NCBI RefSeq assembly: GCF_008831285.2
Contig: NC_045138.2
Coordinates: 15,562,001 to 15,626,000 of the forward strand
Origin: Nymphaea colorata
Lineage: Eukaryota
Length of the DNA: 64,000 nt
Reading direction: 5' to 3'
A model generated the notes under the pieces. That model ran no database searches. It saw only the letters and a list, made by a program, of their open reading frames with translations, and was not told where the DNA came from. A program made the translations under genes and the position numbers. Every line of letters starts with the position of its first letter. Within the stretch, counting starts at the first letter, position 1. Shown here one piece after another: positions 48,901 to 61,530 of this stretch.

Positions 48901-51900
48901 GCTTAGCAAGTTAGCATATTTGTTAGCAACTTAAATATTTTGGGTTTCTGAATGAATTTTATAAAATTATTTACTTCAAATCCTTGCTATGTGGTTGCTA
49001 ACATGTCACTGTCCTTGATAAGGCAATTGTATTTTATGAGCTTGCTCTACATTTCAATCCTCATTGTGCGGAGGCATGCAACAACTTGGGAGTGATTTAC
49101 AAGGACCGAGATAATCTTGACAAAGCAGTGGAGTGCTATCAGGCAAATCCTGTGGTCCTTGGTCTTTTACACTTTGCAGTGTGAAAATGTTAGGAGAGAT
49201 TAAGTAGTAGATTTTGCTCTTATTTTCTTCTTGTATTTCTTATGTTCTTACTCATTCAATCCTAGTTACACCGTATGTTATTTTCTTGCAGATGGCTTTA
49301 AGGATTAAACCAAACTTTTCACAATCTCTAAATAACCTCGGAGTTGTCTACACTGTTCAGGTCTTTTATTTAAATTTTTTAGATAAATTTATGTTAATAT
49401 TAGTGCTTTACTAGTGAGTGAAGGTTAGATCTTTTCACTTGAAAAGAAGGATATGCATCTACATTTTTATGTACAGGGCAAGATGGATGCTGCTGCCAGT
49501 ATGCTTGAGAAAGCTATTGTTGCAAATCCTACTTATGCTGAAGCTTATAACAATCTAGGTGCGTTCCTGAATGTTTGTATATATCCATAATTTGTGTTTT
49601 TTAGGTTATTCTTTGTTAAATATTTATTTTTATAACCTTGATTTTCTCTAAAAAAGTTCACCGCTGGCCTATATTCTACTATTTTTTTTTTCATTGCAAA
49701 TTTACAGCATTAGAAATAAACATGTGTAGATGCGGCTGGTGCTATTTATTGACTGCTGAAAAAGATCCTTATTACGCATACATGTCAGGAAAAGGGTGCT
49801 TGCAATTAAATTTTGATCTCGGTGCAGAAAATTTTAATGCTTAAATTATTTTATTTTTGTCCCTATTTCATAGGAACATACTCAAACATCATCGTTATTT
49901 TTAATCTGTTGCAGTGAACTCAGACTATGAATGTATTAAAAAGTTATATTAAATAACAGTTGTTAATGTGGTTTTGAGAATTTGGAAGCTTATTTTAAGA
50001 TTGAGAAAAGAAAGAATAAGCTTCAATATTGTTGCTTTGGGTATTTGCTATAATTTTTATTTTACTGGGGTTTTTGTGATATAGCTAACTTGTATACCTT
50101 TATCTTCAGTCCTTTGGAAAGGGTTCAGCTGTGGACCTTCTTTAGTTTTATTCGTCTATTCTAGCTTCTGCGGCAAGGAAGTTGTTGCTTTCTTTTTCTT
50201 GACAAAACAATAAAGAGTCTCTGAAGTTGTCATTTATCTTCGTTATTGTGTTCTCATACTTCATGTTGAAATGCATGTTTTGGTACTTGCACTCTGTGTT
50301 GCATTTGTGTGTGTGTGGCATGTAGCATGTGTGTATAATAGTTTCTGTTCTGTTGCTTCTTTAATGCACATGCAACATATTTTTGATTCTTCTTTAGGGT
50401 TGTTAATTAATTTAAATGGATCTGCAGGTGTGCTCTATAGAGATGCAGGCAATATTGTACTTGCTGTTGAAGCGTATGAGCAATGCCTTCGGATAGATCC
50501 TGACTCACGTAATGCTGGTCAGGTACTAGGTCTTTTCCTTTTCATGGTTGAGGCATTAGGTCTTCTATGTGGTTCCAGAGGAAAAAAAAAAACACTTAAG
50601 GCACTTGGTTTCATCATTTGCGGTGTTGTCTATGTATTTGTTTTCAATTTTTGATAGTGAAGTGTACTTTTTCAAAGTTAGTTCCTATGGTTTGGGAAGC
50701 AAAATGTTGCTGAGATAACCACCAACATTGATATATTTGATTTCATAGTCTTTGTTTTGGTCCATCTGAGAAATTGATTTGTTGTTAAAGCTCATAATGT
50801 TCAATGAAATAATAATGATGAGAATATTGGATTACAGTGTTAGTGTTTGTTCGAAATTCAAATAGATTATCTTCTGGTTTTCTTACTCTTGTTTTTTTTT
50901 TAATGTTCTGTAGTTGACTTGATTCTTTTTGGCAGAATCGTTTGCTTGCAATGAATTACATAAACGAAGGTCATGATGACAAGCTATTTGAGGCACACAG
51001 GTAACTATGGTTCCTAGATATGTCATTCTTTTCTTCTCGGTTTGTGGGCTGTTGTAATTTATCTGCGTTGTGGTATCTAGTGCTGTCTAGTTTATCTAGC
51101 CATGTGTTCACATCTTGGTTTTCCAGGACTCCTTGCTTTTCTGATTCTCATATGACTGCGCATTTGTTTTTTAACAATGTTGTTTCATGTTTGTCATAAC
51201 TCCTAAATCATTTGTAGGTTTTCAGTGCACCTAATGCCACACACACATTCACACTTAGTAGTATCCAAATCTTTAATGGCACTCTTTTACAAAACTTATG
51301 CTCTTGTAATTGTTGAAGTGGTATAGGAAGTAGTATTTCATCAGTGCGTGAATTCATTTTATTACAAAGAGAACAAGGTTATTGTCCTTCAAGAAAATAC
51401 TCATTGTAAAGTATTTTGCCAAAAGAAATCCCTTCTCTTCTAAATTTCCTTGTTGTCTAAAATTTCTTTTTCTGAAATTAGATTTTGGTTTGTATCGCAA
51501 ACTACTGGACATTGATTCTCTTAGGTGTTTTTGGTGTTTGGAAACTCACTCTTAGGCTTTATTTGTCAGCACAATTCTTTGAGTTTAAATGTCTCTCAGG
51601 CTTGACCTCCATTGCAAGCTTAGAAATAGATTGGCAAGTTATAAATAGATTCTTGGCCTTTTATGGTTTCTGCATAACCTAGTTTCTTAAGGCGCTATCT
51701 CTTGATTGTTTTGTGCTCGAGTAGGCAACCTGGAGACTTGCATGTCTGAAACTTTGATTAAATCATCAATCTCAAATTAATGGTTTTTAATTGCCGGGTT
51801 CAACATTGCTTAAATAACTTATATTGCTTTCGCACCTTTTTTATATCAATTTTGTAGCAAGCTTCTAATAGGTGCCCTTTGTTTTCTTGTTCATGGGATT

Positions 51901-54900
51901 TGTCCAAGTACATTTTAGTTGGTTTTTCAAATTGCTCCATTATTAGGAGAATATGATCTCCAGTGCCTTGGTGGTAGGCGACATTGTTAGATTACTCTAC
52001 TAGAATGTGCCTGATGTATTGATTTAGTTTTATATGCACAATTTTGAAATGCTAAATGGTCAGAAACATGTTCTATAATCATAACTGTCATTTTTGAATT
52101 TGCCATAGGTAGAATTTTGATTTAGTTTGATATGAGATATTTGCAGAAAATTTTGTAACTATTGACAGTTTTGTGGTCGTTTGGCAACAGGAATAGTAGC
52201 AAACTGTTCCATGAATTCATGGAAATCTGTGACATAGTGAATAGTGATTGACACTGCTACCTTGGTTCAACGTTTTTACAATGAGAAAACCCTAAAACAC
52301 CCACTCAAACTCCTAATCCCAGGTCAGGGTAATCCTTACCACATGGGAAACCTACTCAACATTGCAATGATTCCCCAAGTACAGTCCCGACCCTTATTTA
52401 TATTTATTCCTGGGTCAATCCAATGGACCTGACCCATGGCCCAGTAGCTGGGAAATATCACAGCGTTTCATGAATCAGTTTGTTATTGTTCCCATTACCT
52501 ATCAGGCCCTTTAGGATGTTTGGGTGACTGTATTTATCTCTACTAGTATGTATAGCACCTGTTAAAAGTAGCAAATTTCTTTTCGACATTTTGTCGTGTA
52601 AATGAAAATTTAAAGCACTTGATATAATCAGTCATACCTGAGAAAAGAATGAGTCTCAGAAAATATTGTATTTTGTTTGCTTGTGTTTTCCATCTTTTGG
52701 AAGATCGCAACTATAGATTACCAATTCTATCTACAAAATGATAAACTTGAATGGCTATTTAAAGCAGAGGAGACCTTTGATCGTTCCACACAAACTGAAG
52801 AGTACAAGTGACATCTTCATATGAGATACAAGATAAGGTTGCACATTTTCCTTTTTCGAAGGAAGCTTGAACTTACTCTGAAAGCAATCATGATCGAGCA
52901 ATTTTTGCTTTTTTGAATTGTTGAAGGTTTGTTCCCAGCAGTTGTTGATGAATTTCACCAATTGAGGCGCCAACATGAAATCATGAAGATTTTGTTGCAT
53001 TCTTGCCATCAGTTTTCTCTTTTACACTTTCAGCATTAAGTTCCTTCGGGGTTATATTGTAGTGTGTTAAATTCTCTGGTATTACGTCTGTGGTTCAGAT
53101 TGACTTTTTAAATGGTCTTAGGATTGAAATGACTGTCATTTTGTTGTGAACATGGTTCTTATTATGGATTAATCTTCTTACAGGGAATGGGGTAGACGGT
53201 TTACAAGGTTATATCCCCAGTATACTTCATGGGATAACCCAAAAGATTTAAATCGCCCCCTTATTGTTGGATATGTCTCTCCAGATTACTTTACTCATTC
53301 TGTTTCATACTTCATAGAAGCACCTCTCTTATACCATGACTATACAAATTACAAGGTGGTTGTGTACTCTGCAGTTGTTAAGGTAATGGTCGTCTGTTTC
53401 ATTTCACTTGCATATTTATGTGCCATGGGTCTTCTTTAAACATTTCATGCATGACACATACATTCTCTGTGATCATGCTAATTTCTTTTCAATGCCTCTT
53501 CTAATGGATTTCATAGATGAGTTTGAAGATAAAAGTATTCTGTTTAGTTTCGAGGAAACCTTGGAGATTAATAAAGCATCTTAGCATGCACTTTCAAAAA
53601 TATTCTGAGCAAGTCATTCTATCATGCATCTGTGATCCAGATATGCGTGTCATTGTTAGGTCAACCACTGCCAACACAAAAATGGAAACATTCTTTAGCA
53701 TGAGGTAGATCCTCAGTTCTGTTAGAAATTTAATTAATTGTAACTGTTAAATAATGATCACTTCCCAAAAATATGTCAACACTGATCGACTTGTGAAGTG
53801 TATATACAACATATTTGGTTGGATCATGTATGAAATTATGAATATGATCAGTAAAATCTATCCGGATGCTGTTCTCATAATCCCACCTAGTTCCGAAATC
53901 TAAAATTATTGGCCCTTATCCAGGTGCCCAATGCCAATCGCCTATTCTGTATGGGTGTGTTTGAATTGGTGATATGGGAAGCAATGCTAACTTGCTGACC
54001 AGGTATAATTAGACCTGAGGCATGAATGGAGCGAAAGATGATGCAAGGCACATGTGGTGCATTGATTTCTGCTGTTAGCGTAATGCTTTCTACATTATTT
54101 ATCTATTGTTTTTTTCGCTTTTCTCTATCTTCTGGTATGACTAGCATGGTAAGTGTGCCAAGCAGCTCCTGGCGTTGCTTAGATGAAGCTTATTTCCATT
54201 TGTGGAATATGCTTGACCAACTGAGGCTTAATGGCTAACTTAAGTGTAAATGGTTTTAGCATGAGTGTAGTCGATGAGATCTAACTCTAGTGACTCTGGT
54301 CTACCATATCTTGCAAGATGTATGGTACACTGTGGGAGGTTTATCATTATACTGAAGGATGGACATCACTGACGCAAATTGGTATAAATACGTTTATTTT
54401 GACATTCAGTTCAAAAAATGAAAACAATGGAAAACCAAGATCTAATTTTTGTATGTGTCTTACCTGGGTTCTCATTGAATAACTATTGGCCAATGAACAC
54501 GAGTTTGCTTAAGAGTTCCTTTTGGTTGCTTCCTCAAAGAGCTTATGTCTTCCTTTCATTTTGATAATTTTGCTGGACAAATATTTGATGCCAAGAGGCT
54601 CAAGTGTTTCTTCATATCCATGTTTCTGAAAATGTGTTAAGATCGTTTTTGTATATCAGTCCAAATTTTGTTAAAGCAAGTCACTGAAATTATATTTGGT
54701 TGTATTTCAGGCAGATGCAAAAACCAATAGATTCAAAGAAAGAGTTCTAAAGAAAGGTGGGACATGGAGAGACATATATGGGATTGATGAAAAGAAGGTT
54801 GCTGCGATTGTTAGAGAAGACAAAGTTGACATCTTGGTTGAGCTTACTGGGCATACTGCCAACAATAAGTTAGGGTTGATGGCCTGCAGACCTGCCCCAA

Positions 54901-57670
54901 TTCAGGTACTTCAACTTTGATTGGGTTGTACTTTTGGTTCATTAGTCTCTTCTTCTATGCGTCTTGATAATGGTACTTGTTTGTTTACTGTGACAAAAAC
55001 ATGAAATTTCATGGATAAGTAATTCATGTAAATGAGCATGATTTTATTATGAGATGTGAAATGAATTTAATATGTACTTAGATACTCAAAATTTTCATGT
55101 GGACATGTTTTTTGTTTGGTAAAATAATGTGCATACATTTATTTAGACATGGTTCAAGTTTCTAGTTTTAGCAAATATGTAATACTGAATGTGTCTATGG
55201 TGTTGAATCACAAAAGTATTTACAAATGTTTGAAAATTTTAGTTGGTATAATCTACTTGTATATAGACACATGAACACACACTCACAGACGTGTAAAATT
55301 TGCTCGAAAATAAAAAATAAACCACAATCCAACTGCATTGTTTTAATTCTGACTTTGTGATGCATACCCCTTGCATGGGAATTTGGCACTTGGTGCTGAA
55401 GTAGAAGCTGCTTGTCTGTAGTTTTTTAGTCATTTTCTCCATATGAAAGTTGCCTGAAGTTTATCAAGTGCCAAGCCTTGTGCTCACTGTTCATAGCTTG
55501 AGGTTGTCATAAAATTAAACATCCTTCATTTGTTGATAGGCGACTTGGATAGGTTATCCAAATACAACTGGATTGCCTACAATTGACTACCGTTTCACTG
55601 ATTCATTTGCTGATCCTCCCAACACAAGACAAAAGTACATTCTGATCTTTCATATTGAAATTTTTTGTTTTTTTGTAGATTCTAATATAAGTTAATGGGA
55701 CGTCTTGTTGGTTTAATGGTGTGCATTTTTTTGTTTTCTCAGGCATGTTGAGGAGCTTGTTAGATTGCCAGGGTGTTTTCTTTGTTACACTCCTTCTACA
55801 GAAGCAGGCATTGTATCTCAAGCCCCAGCTCTTACGAATGGTTTTGTTACATTTGGAAGCTTTAATAATCTGGCAAAGGTACATCTTCTTATGCCACATG
55901 CTATATTTTGATCTCTTTTAAACCTCTGTAGTTCATTTACCTACTAGTGTTTGCCTGTATCTGCCATTATTATGTCTATCTTCTATTGAAATGGATACTG
56001 ACCTGTTTGCATATTATCAATGCAGATAACTCCAAAAGTGCTCCAAGTTTGGGCAAAAATATTATGTGCAGTTCCAAATTCAAGGCTTGTAGTGAAGTGT
56101 AAGCCCTTCTGCTGTGACAGTGTGAGACAAAAGTTCCTCTCGACACTGGAGCAATTGGGCCTGGAGCCACTGCGAGTTGATCTTCTGCCATTGATCCTTC
56201 TCAATCATGACCATATGCAGGCTTACTCTCTAATGGATATCAGGTGAAACTCGGTTTCTGTTATGAATGTTGGATAGCTACCCTGTCTAGGATTTTTTTT
56301 GTCATATTTCTCCTTGTTTTATCCACATTATCACACTTAGGCGACAAACTGATGATATCATTGGAACTTGATTAGATAGCTTGCTAATTTTTCCTCTCTT
56401 ATTCCTCCTTGCAGCTTGGACACATTTCCTTATGCAGGAACAACTACTACTTGTGAATCTCTATATATGGGTGTTCCATGTGTTACAATGGCAGGATCAG
56501 TGCATGCCCATAATGTTGGTGTTAGTCTTCTTACTAAAATTGGTGAGCATGTTAGATTTCATTATGCAGAATAATTAATTGTGCTTGAAATTTGGATCGG
56601 TTTAGCTTTAAATTTCTGTTAATGAGACGTCCTCCATGATTTCTTGGTTTGATTTTTTCTTTTAAATACTATAGTCGAATGAGAGACACTTCTTTAATAT
56701 TAAGGGTTATAAATCCAGTTTTCCTGTGAGAAGGTCAGTTGCAGTTAAAATGGTACATTTTCATGGGTTGCAGTGTCAACATTTTCACCAACTCTTGTTC
56801 CCATGAAAACATTTCAAATTTCCAGGTATGACTTGATGATGTTGCTGGGACATGATCAAATTAAATATTCTATGAAAAACCATGCGCTGCTTGCGTATCT
56901 CCTGCAAGTAATGATTGATGCTATTGATCTTATCATGCTTGCTTCCATAACCTGCAATTATTGTCTTATCATATTTGAGGCAGGAATTTTGTATTCATGC
57001 ATCTAGTTTTTTTATTTATTTATTTTCCAATTAAAATTGGTTTTTCACAGACACTTCAGGAGAAGGTAACCTACAAAAGAAATGGGAGGTGTACGTACTA
57101 TGAGCTGAAATCCTCCAGCCATCTTGTCCATCCAGCATCTCACACATGCAGCCCACTTCAGGCTGTGGCTGTGTGTGTGAGAGGCTGGAGGCATGGACGG
57201 CTGTGGAAATTCACTTTTGTTGTGTGTGTGTGTGTGTGTGTGTGTTAAACCAAATGGAAGACCCAATTGACTTCATTAGGCTATAATAATTAGATTCCTC
57301 TATATGTGCAGGTTTAAAGCATTTAATTGCAAAAACAGAAGAAGAATACATCCAGTTGGCAATACAGCTGGCTTCTGATATTTCTGCCCTTTCTACTCTG
57401 AGGATGACTCTTCGTGAACTCATGCTGAAGTCCCCTGTTTGTGATGGACCCAAATTTGCCCAGAGTTTAGAATCAACATATCGCAGGTTGTGGCGCAGGT
57501 ACTGTAGGGGGGAAATGCCAGCACAGAAGCAACTGGATATGATGCAGCAGGCTGCTGCTGAGAAGCCGCTGCTGAAGGTTTCAGATTCAACAGTTGTAAA
57601 AGTGAATGGTATAAATCCGGTTGCAACTTCAATCCCAAATCATTCAACCCCTGGTAGTGGAAATCAGTGA
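45995..57670 (+). CDS. SPY: SPINDLY, TPR-containing protein O-fucosyltransferase (GT41), 914 aa
   Basis: 17 coding exons: 45995-46435, 47459-47620, 47723-47898, 48002-48077, 48356-48484, 49023-49142, 49292-49360, 49477-49558, 50428-50522, 50936-51000, 53184-53382, 54711-54905, 55540-55634, 55743-55878, 56026-56243, 56415-56542 and 57312-57670. TPR array (YAEAYCNMGVIYKNRG etc.) and catalytic motifs GYVSPDYFTHSVSYF, DILVELTGHTANN, WIGYPNTTG, FGSFNNLAK and LDTFPYAGTTTTCESL. Probable 5'UTR intron acceptor at 45934-45935. Confidence 0.97.
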
Positions 57671-59489
57671 AGCTAGTCACTTCGTTAACGGTGAAGTCAG
57701 TCATTTACGGTGGCAGTGAGGCATAGTGTAGTTTATACTGGTGATTTGAAACAGAAAGTGCTTTAGATATCACTGGATAGGTATGTGTGCATTCATCTGT
57801 CACAGCAGTCTTCTACTCCTAAAATTGCTGGCACTCTTGAAATTCGTTGTAGAATGGTAAGGCAGATGCTGGAGCTATGGCATCAATCCGGTTATCAAGC
57901 TGTCAGTTTGAATGTCGTTATCAGAGCGGACTCAACAAAAGAAGGCTTACAAAGAGAAAAGTTGAAATTTTTGTGGTAGGTTGAGGGAGAGCTGTTTTTA
58001 GTTGGTTATACGTCTTCAAGTGAAAACAAAGAGTTAAATTCCAGCTTGCTTCTGTTTTCAGAGAGATAGTTCTACATGACAAGGAAAATGTTGGAAGGGT
58101 ACAAGATCCGTGTATAGTCTGCTGGGCGCTAAGCATCATTTCAGGATCTCCGTGCCCACATTCTTGAATGCCAAACTAAATTCCATCACATTGTACAGTT
58201 GACAACAGCAACAATTTTTCTATGGTGCCCTAGTGGTTGGCACCATTATAATTCTGATTACCGTAAGGAAAGTATACATGCCCGTGCCTGAGTCTCGCTA
58301 TTCCCTTTTATTTTTGCTGCTTGTTTTATTCTCATCATGCTTCGCTGGCGTTACTTTGGCCCGAAGGCCAGTCCTGTATCGAGCATAACAATATTGAAAT
58401 CAGCACTGTTTTTCCCAGAGACCCCTGCCCTTTTTCATCGGGTGTTTGCTCTCTAGTTTACCGGCACTTGTAAAACAAACCGGAAAAGAAAGCTGCAGAA
58501 AAAAATTCAGAGCGGTGCTTCCCGAATCATGTCTTCAAATTTTCATCTCCTCGCTGATCTCATCAACATGTGGGGTTAGGGTCGCTGTATATTTTAACGC
58601 GTGGCTTTCTCTAAAATTAAATAACGTCTATTGGCGTTTGAGGAAGGCTCTTGGTACTTACAGCTTGCGTGGGCAGCCTTTTTCGAAAATCAATCGGATG
58701 GAGGTTTTTATAATGTTGTAAACTGGTTGGACCTATTAAGAAACGGGAGGGTGGGTTTTCTTGGTTGGTTTTGTTTCGTCTTATCCACTACCAAATTATG
58801 TGGTTCGAATCTGCGGCCCTACTTTTTATACGGATCAGTCGATGCGAGTGGGACACGAAGGTGAGGCTGTCAGCACCCGATTCTGCATAATACGTGTTTC
58901 AAGCGTCTTAAAAGTTGAAACACGCGGTGGAACTTTTTGGGTGGCAGGCGGCTACGTGCTAATTTTAGCCAAATCAATACCACACAGAGAATTGAGAACC
59001 GCCTCCACGGAATTCTTTAAACTATTAAAAACTCAAGCATAGCAACAAAACCAAAGTATCAATTTTCTGAGGTAAGCATACTTTTTTTTTTTTTTTTTAG
59101 ATAAAATCCTCAAAGATACTCGCAAAACAGAGTTTGCCGGTACTTCCGGCAGTTGTTTGGCAAGGACCTGCACGTCCACGCCAACCATTGACCACGAAAC
59201 TCGATATTTTCTCTAAAAAAATAACACTAAGATGAGTCATACCATCTTGTCCAACACAGCTACCGTAGGTTAGGCGAGTTGGGAGCCAGTGCCACCAAAG
59301 AAATCAAAACCAGCCGAATGAAAGCATCACCAAGGTTGAATGTGCAACTTCATTTATTTTTTTCAACCTTACAAAATCATGTCAGTCAGACTGGTCCAAT
59401 TCACACCGACTCCAATCTGACCGCAAACTAGATCTATAGACTATATGTACAATTCAGCATCAAATTAGTCCACTACGTTGGTTCTAGAC

Positions 59490-59922
59490 TTAGAAGTTAT
59501 AGCCAAAATGGTCGAACCCAGAAGGACCCAGGGCTTGGTATGGGTTATGGGCGGTCGCCGCACTGGTGTAGGACCCTGGCATTTGCTGGTGCTCCATGCT
59601 GGAAGACGGACCGACGCTGGTCATCATCTGCGGCGGGGAATGCGGCAGGTTTGTGTCATCCACAGTGGTTATGTCATGGATGCTTGATCTCTTCTTCTCC
59701 TTCTTCACTGAGTTGAGACGCAGGTAGTACTTCTGGGCATGGCTGGCCACTTGGGTCGGTGTCCTGGTGATCACTGCATTCCGCGAAATGCTCCTCCAAT
59801 CACCCTTCCCATACTTTTGCAGTCCTATCAGGAACAACCTAACAGCAACACACCCTAGTGGTTAGAAAAATCTGAAAACCATAACACAACACACACACAC
59901 ATATGCACACACACATACATTT

Positions 59923-59962
<40 letters not shown>

Positions 59963-61236
59963 ACAACACACTGATAGAGTAAAAGCTTTTTCATGGAAAT
60001 AAACAAAGTCCAATTGTTAGGTTTCGATTCTTTCTCGGACGGTTGGACTAATCCTCTGCTCGCCCGGAGTTAGAGATGGAAGCTCACAGTTTGAGTTACT
60101 ATATGAAATGCACTGTTCACTGACACCAACACAAGATTTCGCCAACGAACTACATTGACGAACGCGATATGGAGAAAGCATTTCTGAATACTTGCTCTTT
60201 GTATTACTTTTGCAGCTTTTTTTACATTTTATGTATTTCATATCTCGGATCCCACTCAAAATACTAGAGTTTCGGTCAGGTTATCACACATAACAACACA
60301 AAATAATAAGAACAAAAGCAGCAGCAACAACAACAATAGTAAAAATAGCAATGTTATTGTTTCGTACAGAGACTGTCCTCTAAGTTTTTACTTTGTCAAG
60401 AAACGTGATTCTCATGCATGCCATTTGCTTTTGACGTGGGATAGTAAGATATATTAAAAAACTGAACAGTCAAAAGGTAAATGTGCATGGCAAGTTACCG
60501 ACATGTGGTCACTCTTCAACACCAAGATTGCTTGAACACTTTTTACCATGGATGGAAGGTTGCGTAGGCGTCTGCCTTTTTTGGGTAAAATTTTCCAGAA
60601 AAAAGGAAAACGACAAAGTTGAGATGACGGAAGAGACGAGCACATTCTAGTTTTAACACCTGGAAAGTTAAGAAAATGAGGTAATTGGGAAATGCCATTT
60701 TTTCTTAATTAAACAGCTAAAATGTCATTTCTTTAAAAAATTGGCGGTGATCTGCAAAATACTTTAAAAGATAGCGTGGAGGGGAAAGCTGCTGGTAGGT
60801 CCCATTCTGCCTAGTTGTCAAATTTTGATTGGAGAGAGGAAGAAAAATAGGATACAAGCAAAGAAAAAGATCCTCAAGAAGGGGGGACTCACCGGTGCTC
60901 CTCCTCCGTCCACGGCACGCCCTTCCTCCGCTCGCCCTCGACGGACTTCCCCTTACCTCCGGCCGCCTGCCCAGAGCCGCCCTCCTCGTAATCCGGCAAC
61001 TCGAACCGCCCGGACTCAATCTCCGACAGGTCGCGGAGGAGCTCCTCGTAGTGCTGGCGGACCTCCCAGGGGGACTTGCCGGCGATGAAGGCCGCGATGC
61101 GCTGCCACCGGTCGGGGGCGTCCTCGGGCACGACGGCCAGGGCGTGCTCGAAGAGCTTGTTCTGCTGGGGAGTCCAATTTCCCGTGTACTGGTCCATGAA
61201 GGCAAGCGGGTGGCCGGAAAATTCGTCGGAAAACAT
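59490..61236 (-). CDS. DIVARICATA/SRM1-like R-R-type MYB transcription factor (about 230 aa)
   Basis: Exons 61236-60893 and 59838-59490 (GT-AG, phase 2). SANT domain [28 protein letters not shown], second MYB domain [20 protein letters not shown]...[13 protein letters not shown], then RSSIHDIT. An alternative start at the downstream Met (MDQY) is possible. Confidence 0.94.
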
Positions 61237-61292
61237 GGGTTTGCTGAGCTGGAATTGCGTTGGTGGGGAAGAAAGGGGATGCCTCGTGGCGG

Positions 61293-61397
61293 TATTTATA
61301 GAGAGAGAAAGAGATGGAAAACAACACGTTTTCTGCTGTAGGGGAGGAAGTCCAGAGAGTGGATAAGGCTGAGTCAAGACACGTAGCAGCCCACGTG
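61293..61397 (-). promoter_or_regulatory. Core promoter of the MYB gene: TATA box and G-box
   Basis: TATAAATA on the minus strand at 61293-61300, 57 nt upstream of the ATG, and CACGTG at 61392-61397. Confidence 0.6.
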
Positions 61398-61499
61398 CTC
61401 TTGATCGACGGCCGACATCAATTTGAGAAACTACGAGCCTGCCACTGCCCCCTGTTTTCGGCGGTTCTGATTCTCTGTGGAAGTTATTACTCCCTTGGG

Positions 61500-61530
<31 letters not shown>

